Positions 1 through 13,100 of a DNA stretch of 41,260 bases are shown one piece after another. Both the position numbers and the translations under genes were made by a program. Below the pieces are notes generated by a model. That model did no database searches and was not told where the DNA came from. It saw only the letters and a list, made by a program, of their open reading frames with translations. Every line of letters begins with the position of its first letter. Position 1 is the first letter of the stretch. The DNA lies in NCBI GenBank assembly GCA_002104905.1, contig MCFE01000736.1:1-41260 (forward strand), in the 5' to 3' direction. This stretch comes from Basidiobolus meristosporus CBS 931.73. Its lineage: Eukaryota > Fungi > Basidiobolomycota.

Positions 1-495
1 TCGAAGATCCCCAGCGACTACGGAGACATATGTCCTATATAGCAACTGACACGGTGTAACAGCAGCGCTGAAATTGTAGAGGACTCAGGCAGCGGCGAGA
101 TGCAGTCCAGCTGGATGGCTGGATTTGTCGACCAAAGGGGATCCAGTCCCACCCTAACCCACCAACTGTACACGGTAACAACCTCTCACAGTGAAGTCTA
201 GTTTGGCCAGGTATCGCCATGAGTCAACGTGCGCTCGGGATCCGATCCCGATGCAGGGCCAATGGACGACCAGGTCTATTATGGTAGCGATGGATACGGC
301 CATTGGGTGTGCCATCCGTGGCCATAGATGATTGCCATCCCTTCCCCAACATGGTTTGCCAAATATGGATGCGCATCTGCAGTCATTTCCTGGGGGGAAT
401 CAATGGGTTTTATTTGACATGGATGTAGATCACCAATTCTAAACTTGATCTCGATGTATGTAGCGTGTTGGGGTGGAGGCGGTCCACTCGAGCCT

Positions 496-1605
496 CTATC
501 CGGAAATCTGCCACCATTCTTTGCGAACGGGGGTGATTCCAGCGGCGATCAAGGCCTGCTCCTTCTTGACGTCCGACTCGGATTTGAAGCCGTATGGGTT
601 ACCCTTCTGCCAACGCCAAAGGTCTTGGCACATGTCGGTCAGCCCACGCTCCGCCTTCCAATGCAGCTCCTTGTGGGCCAAATCTGGGTCGGCCACCACC
701 ACACCCACATCTCCAGGACGACGATCCACAATCTTGTAGGGAAGCTGGTGGCCCACGATCTCTGACATCGTCTTCACCATGTCCAGCACCGAATAGCCAT
801 TGCCGGTGCCGAGATTGTAAACAACACACCCAGGCTTCTCCTTGAGACGCTCCAGAGCGGCGATATGGCCCAGGGCTAGGTCGACAACATGAATGAAGTC
901 CCGCACTCCCGTCCCGTCGTGCGTCTCGTAGTCCCCTCCGAATACATTCAAGTGAGGCAGACGGCCTACAGCCACTTGCGAGATATATGGCATCAGGTTA
1001 TTGGGGATTCCCTGAGGGTCCTCACCAATCTTACCACTGCGATGGGCGCCAACTGGATTGAAATACCTAAGCAAGGCAGCATTCCATGTGGAATCGGCAT
1101 TGCATGCGTCTGTGATGATTTCCTCGATGAAAAGCTTCGTACGTCCGTAGGCATTTGTACACCCCGTCTTGCACTTCTCGTGGATAGGGATGATCTCAGG
1201 GTCGCCGTATACCGTGGCAGAGGAGGAGAACACAATATCGGTTACGTTGAACTCCTTCATCAAACTCAGAAGCACCAGTGTGGACACGATGTTGTTGTGG
1301 TAATATGTCATGGGGATGATGGAGGATTCCCCGACCGCCTTGAGCCCCGCAAAGTGGATCACCGCCGAGAAGGTATACTTCTCAAATACCTTCTTCAAGG
1401 CGACTCTGTCACAACAATCCACCTTATGGAAGGGGATGTCTTCCCCAGTAAGCTCTTCAACCCGTCGTAACGATTCCGATGAGGAGTTGCATAGATTATC
1501 GACGACCACCACTTTGTATTTGCGTTGCAACATCTCCAGGACAGTATGGCTACCAATGTAGCCTGCGCCACCGGTAACTAGAACATATTCTTGTTTGGAA
1601 CCCAT
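496..1605 (-). CDS. GAL10: UDP-glucose 4-epimerase (GalE/Gal10 epimerase domain only, no fused mutarotase), intronless, ~369 aa
   Basis: ORF 496..1686; likely start is MGSKQ at 1605. Shows the Rossmann motif [31 protein letters not shown], catalytic YxxxK (YGRTK), [24 protein letters not shown] and [11 protein letters not shown]. Confidence 0.96.
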   Translation of the reverse strand: MGSKQEYVLVTGGAGYIGSHTVLEMLQRKYKVVVVDNLCNSSSESLRRVEELTGEDIPFHKVDCCDRVALKKVFEKYTFSAVIHFAGLKAVGESSIIPMTYYHNNIVSTLVLLSLMKEFNVTDIVFSSSATVYGDPEIIPIHEKCKTGCTNAYGRTKLFIEEIITDACNADSTWNAALLRYFNPVGAHRSGKIGEDPQGIPNNLMPYISQVAVGRLPHLNVFGGDYETHDGTGVRDFIHVVDLALGHIAALERLKEKPGCVVYNLGTGNGYSVLDMVKTMSEIVGHQLPYKIVDRRPGDVGVVVADPDLAHKELHWKAERGLTDMCQDLWRWQKGNPYGFKSESDVKKEQALIAAGITPVRKEWWQISG

Positions 1606-1770
1606 TGGCTTAGATTTCAATAGGATCGAAGGGTATCTTGTATGGGGACTGGGATTGATTCTTGCCAAGAACCAAGCCCTCATCAACGGTTATTTATATT
1701 CCAGAAGGCATCTTGCGTCATGTATCATTACCCTATTCTCGAGGAAGGGATGATTGGAGCAGCTGGATCT

Positions 1771-1802
1771 CTAACCCCAGCCCCAACCCTAACCCTAACC
1801 CA
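1771..1802 (+). repeat. Short degenerate telomere-like (CCCTAA)n tract
   Basis: ctaaccccagccccaaccctaaccctaaccca contains two perfect CCCTAA units plus degenerate ones. Confidence 0.5.
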
Positions 1803-3104
1803 GGCCCAAATCTGCGCCCTCCCCTCACCCCTCCACTTTTGGTGTGGTAATCATGCGTGTTTTGGAAGGGATCAATTTCTCGATCATTCCTCTATTGGGT
1901 CAATTTGCTCGCCAACCCAAATTGGTCTAGACGTTAGAAGAAACGTGATTCATCGACTGGGCATCGAGCATCACCATCAGATAAGGCCGAATTCCCTAGC
2001 AGAAAGTTTAAATAATCCATATTGCCAAGCGAGGGGGATCGTATTCACACGCACCTCTTGACCTTGGGAGGAAAGCGGCCAGGATTTCGAACCGGTGCTC
2101 GAAACAACGAACTTCGGGAGGGGTTTTTGGCGTTCGTGATAAGGCTTATCTAGGATTCCCAGTGGTCTCCTTGTGTTCTCACCTAGATTCGATGTGGGTA
2201 CGAGATCGAAACTGGTTGAGGGAAACCGAGTAGGAATCTATTTTTAACTGCCGCCAAGATTGGCGGAAGAGGCCTTCGCTACACTGGGGGTGGCAACGCC
2301 CCCATAAGCATGGATGGTGGATGTTGACCTCTGCCTCCCCGTATTAGTCAACGCCAGAGCTCTCCCTGGCTTACAATTCACTCTCTCTGGGCATGTATTT
2401 TTCAATTCATCCCTACTAAAAGTCATCGGAGTCTTGCCATAATGGGAGTCAATTAAACTGTTTAAGTAAAGAGTCACGGATTATGTACAATGATCGACCT
2501 GCGCGTCCATTGGTGGGCGACCAGGCAGAGGTCTCTGTTCGAGGCACCCGAATGAGGCATTCCCTCACCAGAGTGACACAGAATATCGTACTACAGTTGT
2601 TAGCAACGAGACGCTGCGAAAAATTGCGTTGACATCAGACGACACCCGGGCTAATTCAGTAGCATTCGTCCTTAAGGCTTTTGAGGGTGGGAATTAATTG
2701 GCATGCACGTCTCATGAGGGCCATTTTCTTCCATTGGTTGGCTGAGCTCGTGGATGTTCCGATGCAGAACGGTTCGATGATTCTACGGTGTATCGCTCGA
2801 AGAAGAAAGCTTGGGTTACCGAGAAAGCACTGCTGATTTGGTCAGTAGCATTCATGATGATGCTGATGTAGAACAGCTCGATCGAAATGGAATCCATGCC
2901 TAACAATGGTAGACTTGGTCACCATGAATAGGCCCCTCAATCATCCACCATTCATTAACGAAACGCCTCAACCTCTGGGCCATCTGCCACCTGCGGATTC
3001 ATATAAAATGATACCAGAATCCAGATGCATCCCCAATCCCATTGCCCATCAGCTCGAATTCGTTTCCTTTGGAACGCCGTCCACCCCCCGCGCCTACGCC
3101 AACG

Positions 3105-4707
3105 ATGAACCAGAACTTAGTCCCAATTGCCAATTCCGTGGCTGACATCTATGCTCAAAATAAAGTCGATCAGGAAGTGTAAGCGCTTGCATGTATGATC
3201 GATTGGCAGCAGAAGGACTAATTCCCCTCTTATTTGGATCTTTAGCCAACGCTATCGCGCCTTGATTACTCGCTTTAAAAGTGTATATGGCTTCGAGCCG
3301 GAATTCGTCGCTCGTTCACCGGGTAGAGTCAATCTGATTGGTGAGCATATAGACTATGCGGGATTTCCTGTTCTCCCCATGGCGGTGGACCGCGACTGCC
3401 TGGTTGCCGTTGCCACCACCACAGCTGACCACAGAATCCGGATTGCCAATACGAATGCTAAATACCCTAGTCGGGAGTTTGAGTACGAAGGCGAGAACAT
3501 CATCAGCATTGATGACACCATCCATGAATGGACCAACTACTTCAAAGCGGGCTACAAGGGGATGTTGGAGAATCTCAAGTTAGGGACAGCCCCCGTCGGG
3601 ATGTTCTGCCTAATGGACGGCTCGGTGCCTTCTGGGGCCGGAATGTCGAGTTCCTCAGCCTTTGTATGCGCCTCCGCTATTGCCACCATGGTAGCCAACA
3701 AGAAGGAACTGGCAAAGACTGATATTGTCCAAATTGCGATTGCTTCCGAGCGCTACGTAGGTGTTAATGGCGGTGGCATGGACCAAACTGCATCCGTCAT
3801 GTCCAATGCCGACTCGGCGACCTTTATCGAATTCCAGCCAAAGTTCAGAACCGTTCCCGTTCAACTCCCCAATACTCAGCCGGCAATCTCGTTTGTGGTT
3901 GCCAATACCCTGGTTACTGCTGATAAGGTAGTATCAGGGCCCGTTTGCTACAATCTCCGAGTAGTGGAGACTAGGGTGGGGGCTAAGCTATTGTCAAAGA
4001 AGTTGAATCTTGAAGAGCTAAATCCGCAGACGTACAAGGAGGTTATGGATGCATACTTTATAAACCACGAGGAACCATCATACACAACAGAGACTGAACA
4101 GTGGATCTATCGACTCACCAAAATGCTTGAGCTGGTCAATGAGCATATCACCAAGCACAAAGGATACTCTAGGCACGAGATGGCCGCGGAACTTGGGCTT
4201 ACAGAAGAAGAGATTCACCAGACATTCATGTCCAAGTTCCCTGTACGCACTGAGCTATTTCAACTATACTCTCGGGCCGTTCATGTCTACTCGGAATCCC
4301 TAAGAGTTGTCCGATTCAGAGATATTTGCGAGAACTACAATACCACGCGGACCGACAGCGAGTGTATATTGCAACAGTTGGGTGATCTAATGAATGAGAG
4401 CCAGTACTCGTGCCGGGACAATTTCGATTGCTCCTGTCCGGAGCTGGAAGAGCTCACCACCACATGTCGTAAGGCCGGTGCTTTAGGATCGCGTCTAACT
4501 GGTGCAGGATGGGGAGGCTGCACCGTTTCCTTGGTCCCCGAGGACCGGGTGGAGGCGTTTATCGAAACCGTCAAGAACGAATATTTCCGCAAGCGATTCC
4601 CTCATTTCACGCCCGACCAGCTTGAGAACGTGATCTTTTCGTCGCGGCCCTCTAGCGGGGCATACATCTTCAAGAAGCATGCTGCGGCCAGCCCTATTGG
4701 TGGATAA
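3105..4707 (+). CDS. GAL1: Galactokinase (GHMP kinase, fungal Gal1/GALK2-like), copy A; 2 exons (3105-3178, 3246-4707)
   Basis: Motifs ARSPGRVNLIGEHIDY, GSVPSGAGMSSSSA, GGGMDQ and GSRLTGAGWGGC. The ORF-track start is a TTG; an ATG at 3105 plus a GTAAGC...TTTAG intron (3179-3245) gives the N-terminus MNQNLVPIANSVADIY...QRYRAL. Confidence 0.93.
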
Positions 4708-5534
4708 ATCGTGATTCGTGCGCTCCATGCAGTGAGTGATTTACCCTCCTGCATGATCCAGATGAGAGGTACAAGGGAGCTCCAACCTGTTAAATAATAT
4801 AAATGTCAATAAATACGCTCTGTCATATGTGCAATATTCACATCACTGGTGCCACGAGAAATGAATAAATCGCTTGGATTAGTATGGAAATCACTCCAGT
4901 TTTACCCGACCAAATCCGGTAGGTTCTAATCTGGGGATGATGTTCTGGAAACAGGACGATCCGAAGCCAGCATCCATCGCCATCAGCGTGCCAACACCGA
5001 TCCCTCCCCCAGGGCGAATTTCCCAAGGGTGGAACGGGTCCAGTAAAGCCTTGGCAGCACATCGCTCACTAGGAACCAGGCTAGTGCGATGGAATATGCC
5101 CCAAATTGAGCTCGGATGTACCTTGTACGACTGCCCACAGTTTTAATTTCAACCCTGCTTTCTCTATTTGGAACTCGTCTTGTGATCAGGATGACAATCT
5201 GATAGGGCGCGCAAACTACCAAGTACTATTCTAGATTCATGAGGTTTGTACCGCTTCACTCGGTTCGAAAAGGAAACTGATGTGGTCACCTCCATTAGAA
5301 TGCTGAGTAAACTAATGGCATGAGAATTTTGTGTTTCTTCGGAGCCGCCAGGATCAAAAGCTCATTCGCGATCAAGCGGTATGCTTTTCTGGTAGGCTCA
5401 GGTGATACCTCTCAAAAGCCACCCGATTCTATAGGGGATCTCGGCGCCGGCGCAGGTATAAAATGGATGCGTGGTCGCAGGCCAACCCTCAAGCCGATGC
5501 AAATTCTCCGACCACAACAGTAGCGTAAATAAAC

Positions 5535-7131
5535 ATGCAGCAAGAAAACTTCGTGCCCACCACTAATTCGGTGATGGACATCTACGCCGAATCCAAGATT
5601 CCCGGTCAAATGTAAGCCCCAGCATTGTTTTCTGCCGATCCAAATATTGACCACCAGCGCAACCACTAGAAAGCGCTATCGTGATTTATTCCAGGAATTC
5701 AAAACAATCTATGGGTTTGACCCAGAATTTGTCGCCCGGTCCCCAGGTCGCGTCAACATCATCGGTGAGCATATTGACTATGCGGGATTCCCCGTGCTGC
5801 CGATGGCCGTAGACCGAGATTGTTTGATTGCCGTAGCTACCACAAAGTTGGATAGCAAAGTTCGCCTGGCAAATGTAAACCCAAAGTTCACCCGGGCAGA
5901 ATTCTCATTCGTCGACAAGGAAAGGATTGTCGACATTGACGATACCGTCCATGAATGGACCAACTACTTCAAAGCGGGCTACAAGGGCATGCTTGAATCC
6001 TTAAAGCTCGATGCGCCTGTGGGCATGTTCTGTCTCATGGATGGCTCTGTCCCCTCAGGGGCTGGAATGTCAAGCTCCTCAGCATTGGTCTGCACCTCCT
6101 CAATTGCCACCATGATAGCCAACAAAAAGTGCCTGAGCAAGAACGATATTGTTCAGATCGCCATTGCATCCGAACGATATGTCGGAACCAATGGAGGTGG
6201 CATGGACCAAACCGCTTCGATCATGTCGCATGCGGATGCAGCAACATTCATCGAATTCCACCCCAAGTTCATTACCACCCCGGTCCATTTCCCTGCAACC
6301 CTCCCGGCTATATCCTTTGTGGTGGCCAACACAATGGTTGTGGCGGACAAAGTGGTGTCTGCACCTGTATGCTACAATCTACGAGTAGTGGAAACCAAGG
6401 TCGCGGCTATGATTCTGGCCAACAAGCTAGGCCTACTTAGCGAGAGACCCCAAACACTCAAAGAGGTCATGGATTTGTTTTTTGCAGGATCCGAAGAGCC
6501 CAAATATGCCACTGTCACAGAGCGTTGGATCTTTAGGCTTGGCCGAATGTTGGAGCTAGTGGAGCAGTTCATCACCCAGCACGATGGCTATTCTCTTGCA
6601 GAAATGGCAGAGGCAGCTGGGCTGTCTGAGGATGAGATCCATGCTAGATTTATGTCCAAGTATCCAGTTAGGGCTGATGTATTCCACATCTATGCCCGTG
6701 CCATTCATGTGTATTCCGAAGCTCTACGGGTGGTTCAATTTCGGGATGTCTGTGAGAGAAATCAAGATACTGTTGAGGACAGCCAGGTCGTGTTGCATCA
6801 GCTGGGAAGATTGATGAATGAGAGTCAGGTCTCTTGTAGAGATAACTACCACTGCTCATGCAAGGAGCTTGATGATCTTACATTGATATGCCGCAAGGCT
6901 GGAGCATATGGCTCAAGATTGACTGGTGCCGGCTGGGGTGGATGCACAGTGTCGATGGTGCCTGAGGATCAAGAGCAGGAATTCATCCAAAGAGTGAAGG
7001 ATGAATACTTCCGACCCAGATTCCCTGATTATACTGAGGAGCAGCTGAGCAATGTCATATTTTCATCTCGCCCGTCTTCTGGGGCGTTCATCTATAGGAA
7101 GCGTACTGCCATTAATCCATATGGAGGTTAA
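5535..7131 (+). CDS. GAL1: Galactokinase, tandem paralog copy B; 2 exons (5535-5611, ~5670-7131)
   Basis: Same GHMP motifs (GRVNIIGEHIDY, SGAGMSSSSA, GGGMDQ, GSRLTGAGWGGC). ATG at 5535 gives MQQENFVPTTNSVMDIY. A phase-2 intron starts GTAAGC at 5612, the same position as in copy A; the acceptor (5657 or 5669) is ambiguous. Confidence 0.93.
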
Positions 7132-7490
7132 TGAACAATTCTGTGTCTATTTAGCTCACTCATGGTTAGTCTTTGTACATTTTGATATCTGCATGTCTCT
7201 ACTCCCTTCTGTCCCAACTCTCCTATGTACATCGTGATTCACAAGTAGATATCCCAGATAAGTACATAATAAATATAGATAAACAGTATTCACGCTGGCA
7301 TTGATATCAATCTGAACCATTTGGTTTCAATCCAATAAGCTTGATATCAGCGAGGCATCTGTACTATACTGCAAGGTGTGGATGCATCTCGATGTTGACA
7401 CAGATGAAACAGGAGTCTGACCAATTTTGTTGATTCAGTCTAATGATAAATAGGGGCTCACTTTCATTCTCGCAGAATAGAATAGAGACC

Positions 7491-9165
7491 ATGACATTAT
7501 ACCTTGCCTTTGCGCTCATTATCTCGCTGGTAAAATCAGAAAATATACTTCCTCTCAGTGTAGCAAATTTCGATCAGACAGTCACCACTTCTCCATTAGC
7601 CTTGGTTCGGTTTCATGCATCTTGGTCTAAGAGCAGCAGACAGTCAGGTAAATCCAAAATGGGCGGTAAAAGTAATGAAGTTCATCAACTAACTCCAGCT
7701 TTCCGGAACTAGAATTGGCATTTCACTCGGTAGCATCGGATTTGAGTCCTCATATCACCTTTGCTACAGTGGATTGTTCCGAATCTAATAGTTTATGTAA
7801 TCAGCTTGATGTATGGGATCTACCGACATTAAGGATTTTCAGGTAGTTAAAGTGCTTATTTTTGATATGGCACGTAACATCGTCGTGACTGGATCTCGCT
7901 TTAGAAATGGAACCAGATACAACTACAGCGGGCCTTTTGAGAGAGATGGGATGATGGAATACCTGCAAAAGTATGCTTTGGAGGTCAGATTCGTGTATTC
8001 TTGGGACGGATATTAACTTGTCCTCAGGCAGAAACTTCCAACCCTCACTCAGGTGAGCGCCATCAATTTCCAAGAATTCATCAATCATGACTTGATTGTG
8101 CTTGTGGGTTTTCTTGGAGAGAATGAGGGACATGAAGCGTTACGGGATATCGCACTCCAATTCAGAGATCAATTCCAGACTGGTTTATGCACAGACAGAA
8201 CCCTAATGAAAGAGCTTCAGGTTACCCCGCCCACCCTAATCCTGTATCACCATGATATGGGCGACTCATATCGCTACACTGAAGCCTTGGAGGTTCCTAG
8301 GATTGCTCAGTTCATCAAAACCAACTCGATCCCGATTATATCCGAAATAACCCCCACGACATACGAGCTGATGCGAGAAGCAGACCTGCCGGTCGCTTTC
8401 ATATTTTACTCGGGCTCTGGGGAAAGGGAACGCCTGAGGAAGGAACTGGTCGGAGTAGCGAGGTTGTTTAGAGGCTCCATCAGCTTTGGTTTAATCAATG
8501 GTGCTGAATATCAGGTGTTTGCTGGATTGTTGAACATTCAGCCAAGATTTCCTGCTTTGGCCATCCAAACACCAGCCAATAATGCAAAGTATGTATTGCC
8601 TCAAGACATACCAGTTGGTGCTGAATCAGTACGTGATTTTGCATACCAGTTTTTGCAAGGGAAGGCCCAACCAAGCCTGCTTTCGGAAGACATCCCTGAG
8701 ACAAATGATGGTCTGGTTAAGATTGTTGTGGGAAAAGAATTCAATCGAATTGTGATGGATCAAGAGAAAGATGTGGTGGTGGAGTTTTATGAGTCCAGCT
8801 GTGGTGCAGGCTGCAACGAGATTGATCCATTGTATGAAGCAGTGGCACGGAAATTCTCCCATCAGAAGGGGCTGCTATTCGCTAAAATGGATATGAAGTA
8901 TAATGAGTTACCTATTGACAAGAATCTGGAGATTATCGGCTTCCCTTCGGTGAAGCTGTTCAAGGCCGGTCAGCCCAAAGAAGCGATAGACTTTGAAGGC
9001 GCACAAGAGTTCAATGCATTCGTCGACTTCCTGAGACAGCACTCTACCTATCCTACCGATGTTGAGAAGATATCTGACTATGAGGAGTATCAGCTGATTA
9101 TGCAGATGAAGCAAGAGCATCAAAAATCAGTGCGCCAATTGAGACCCTCTCATGATGAGCTTTAA
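7491..9165 (+). CDS. Protein disulfide isomerase-like ER protein (a-b-b'-a' thioredoxin folds) with non-canonical active sites; ~4 exons
   Basis: Signal peptide MTLYLAFALIISLVKS; thioredoxin-fold segments FATVDC...LPTLRIF and VKIVVGKEFNRIVMDQEKDVVVEFY...FAKMD...GFPSVKLF; C-terminal HDEL. Introns ~7643-7698 (donor uncertain), 7843-7904 and 7971-8027. Confidence 0.85.
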
Positions 9166-10154
9166 CGGATGGCTCCCACTAACCATTCCGGAAACTTTCA
9201 GGCTGCAAGTGTCCGTGAAGCATGCAGTGTATGAAACACGCCTACGAGCACCCCATTAGGTTAACAACCTAGTGCAATAAAGCGTTTATCCAAATCACAA
9301 TAAGGACATTTTGCGCTCTTGGCTGAATCCTAGTTTGTGCATTGAAATTACTCAGCCACTCTGATCGGCTTTTCATCCATCAAGAAAGTCGCAATGCCGC
9401 AGGCAACCAGGGTTTCTGCATGGACAGGGCGATGCTTGTGGGTTGGGTTGCCAGATGTCTGCCACCAAGCCAGCTATCAATAATATACGCCAAGGCCCTT
9501 CTGCCCGGCAGCCGTTTGATTCAAGCAAGCGTTGGAAACCATCCAGGGGACATAGACCAAGCACATAGTGCTGTGTCGTATTATATTACACGAGCCCTGT
9601 GGCCATCAGATTAGTCCGATTTGATGCAGCACGATCCATTCTACTAAAATCGGCCATACCTGTGTGCACGGCATTTGTGCCGGATCCGAGATCGTATTGT
9701 CTCCTAATTATTCGTCATCACCACGAAGCTTGAATACAGCACCCTCCAAACGTCTCACACCAATTCGATGAACGGGATTTCTGGGCTAACTTGGAAGGGA
9801 GAATTCCTAATCAAGGATAGTGGGGGGCTGAGGCTAATCTATAAATTGGGGTTGTGACGATCGTAGAGACCACTTTCTCATTATCAAGCTAAATTGAAAT
9901 TAGAGTCAAGCATCAGGCGATTAGTGCATTATATCTCGTTGTTTATCTTATATTTGTCTGAACCAGTCTCGGAATAGATTAAGGGACCCTCGATTCCGCG
10001 ATCTCTATTTAAGCAACTTGCACCTCCACGAAAACCTGAGAGCTAAACAGAAAAGCACATTCATCCTCGTTGCCTCCGAAGCATTTTGTCAATATCTAGC
10101 TTCGCCCCTTCCATTTTGGTTTCAATATCTACACTAATTTCTAATTTCCCAAGA

Positions 10155-13100
10155 ATGAGACTGGCGGTAATCTCATGCTTGGCTTTGTCCGGATCTATAA
10201 TCGGCGTCACTCATGCCCAGGATGTCAGTTACCGCCCTGTTCTTGACAACTGCATAACACCACTAGCACGAAACGCTGTTCCCAAGGCAGTTTTTCCTGA
10301 CAACGTCGGGGCAATGCCTCCCACCCTGACTTCAGCCCCGCACACCCTGAGCTGCCCAAACTCACTCGCCAACCTGAATCTTTTTCCGCCGCCGAGATGC
10401 CTCTCACTTGAAGGTACGACGTACCCTCCCAATGACAATCAAGACATATATGCCCACCGCGGACAGAAGTCATCTCGACTGATTACTCACATGGTATGGC
10501 CACACGTTATACTTCACTCGTGAAGCATCGATTTGGTTGACGAATTCGCCTTTCCTGTAGATCACATTTTTTGGACATTTCCTGTCCTTGGATTTAGGCG
10601 ACTTGCTCGTCAACAACACTGACACAGCAAATGTCGACCTACCTGCTGGAGATAATCTTTTCCCTGAGAGCCTCACCACGAACGGAACGCTGCTATTCAA
10701 AAGAGCGCAGTACCAGATCGGCCCAAACGGCTATCGACAGGCCCTTAACAATGCCACCTTTACCTTGGATGGCTCCGCGATCTACGGCTCTATCACTGCG
10801 GTAAACCAAGCATTGCGGTGGACGAACATGCACGGGAAACTGCGAATGACCAGTTTGAACAACACTATAGCCTTGCCGATCAGAAGTGACGATGGCTATC
10901 TACTAGGGGCTGCGCCATCGCGTAGCATGAATATTTTCACCATGGCCATTCAGATCATATGGATGCGGGAGCACAATCGCATATGTGACGAGCTCTACGC
11001 AATCTACAAGGACACTTGGACGGACGAAAAGTACTATCAAGAGGCACGAAGGCGTGTGGTTGCCCTGATCCAAAAAATCACCTACAACGAGTACTTGGGG
11101 ACAGTCCTTGGTCGCTGGATATCGCAGGACTACGACATCTACAAGAATAGTACGCCCAACACCGACAATTTCTTCCTCGGGACAACCTTCCGCTACGGCC
11201 ACTCAGAGCTGAGGTATGTTTTTACACTAATCTTGGTCCAGATATCCAGACACTTATCTCGATGCACTGCGACCCATGCCACATTAGCGATACATATCGT
11301 CTGGTGGATACCCAAGGTGTTTATCTTAAAGACTTTTCGCTGCGAGAGATCTCCAATTTGACCTTGATCGAGAGCATTCCTCTGGAACTCCTAATCCGGT
11401 CTGCAGCAGCCCAAGTCCAGGAAGAAGTAGACATCTACTTCCCTTCTATGTCCATGAATTACACCAATACCAGGGGAGTCTCCTACGACATCCCGGCCTT
11501 TGATGTTCAACGCGGACGTGACCTAGGCATTCCCCTCTACAACGATGCCCGGCAAGCATTCAACCTCCCAAGAAAAACTAGCTTCGAGGACATCAGCAAT
11601 CTACCGGATGTGCAAAATCGACTGAGAAAAATGTATGGCACGGTTGACCGGGTCGAGTCTTATATGGGTGGTCTGGCGGAGAACAAAATCACGGGCTCCA
11701 GCTTTGGCGAGCTGTTTTTCAAGAGCATGGAGGATCAATTCGTCCGGATACGCAATACAGACCCGTACTGGTACGAGAACAGCCCGGATCTTGTCGATTA
11801 CGTTAAAAGCACGGCTTGGAAAGACGTCATTGCCCGAAACCTTCCGCCCACTGCCTTGATGCCTAATTCTATTTGGACCTTACAACAGGAGAGCTCAGCA
11901 AGCCTGAATGATCTTTCTGCCACCTATCGCAACGAATACGTGGCTAACGATATGTACAAACTCAACTGGGAAGTCCAAGGAGATGTGATCAAGTTTGTCC
12001 TGCAGCTCAAAAGCAACCAGGGTTGGTGCGGCGTAGGGTTCAACCAAGTGAGCGCCTCAATGGGGATGGTAGCTACTCCAATTTCTTGATATATCTTAGC
12101 CTCATTCTAACATCATGTCAGATCAAAGCAGACTTCGTAGTGGCCAACTTTTCGCAGGGGTCATTTAATATCGCACCCTACACCTTTGAAGGTCTTAGTG
12201 CCAGCGTACCCAGGTCGACTGATCTCTATAAGATCACTGATTCAAGCATGATGAACTCCAAAGGTGTAACAATCATCCGGTTTTCTCGCCCTCTGGATGT
12301 GGGGACATCCAATAAGATCATCAATACCAAAATGCTACGTAGGTGGACCCCTCGAAGTGCATCGTCCCCGAGCAGCCGTACTAACCCGGCCTTCTAGTGA
12401 TATGGGCATACTCTACCACAGAGACATCCCCCTCGCACCATAGAGAGAACAAAGGGAAGAAAGAGATGAATTTCTTCACCGGCGAGAATTCGAAAGCCAT
12501 CGGATCCACCCATAAATTCCACGGCATAGGGATGATACTGACCTGGACGTAAGTCAGCATGGCGCAACCTTTGGCCCATACCACTCACTAACACCACAAT
12601 CGCACGGCTTATCTAGTGTTCTCTATCCATGTAAGGCCAAAACCCGTTGGTCGGTCTGAATACGCATACTGACTGTCACTCTCCTGTAGTGTCGATTTTT
12701 GTAGTGCGATTCCGAAAGCACACCAATAATTACATGACCTTGCACCGGAATATGCAAATCATTGGGGGGATCTCGGTTTCGACCTTGGGGGCTGCTGCCA
12801 TCGCCACATTCACCGGCATGATGTCGAAATCGCACGGGACATTAGGACTGGTCATATATGCGTGCGTCTTCTTTCAGCTTGGTTTGGGTATGATATCACT
12901 GTGGGGAAGAGAAAACACCCTCTCGGTGAAACAGGGGATTACGAAGTATACTAAATACTTTCACGGGATATTCGGTAGTGTTCTACTGTTGATGTCATGG
13001 TACCGTATCGTGCCCCTACTACTCACACTCAGTGAACAGTCGCTCATCTTTGCTATTTGAAGGACGAACATATATCTTGGAATCCGCGCCTATGCTCCCG

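Noticed and set aside
1-495. GAL7 or another gene completing the cluster at the left edge
   Set aside because: All frames are short and stop-rich, with no uridylyltransferase HPH motif. The segment may be a repeat remnant but cannot be assigned.
1606-5534. Gal4 UAS (CGG-N11-CCG) in the GAL intergenic regions
   Set aside because: CGG triplets checked by eye gave no correctly spaced CCG. The nearest were CGG-N13-CCG (~2077) and CGG-N11-CCA (~1687).
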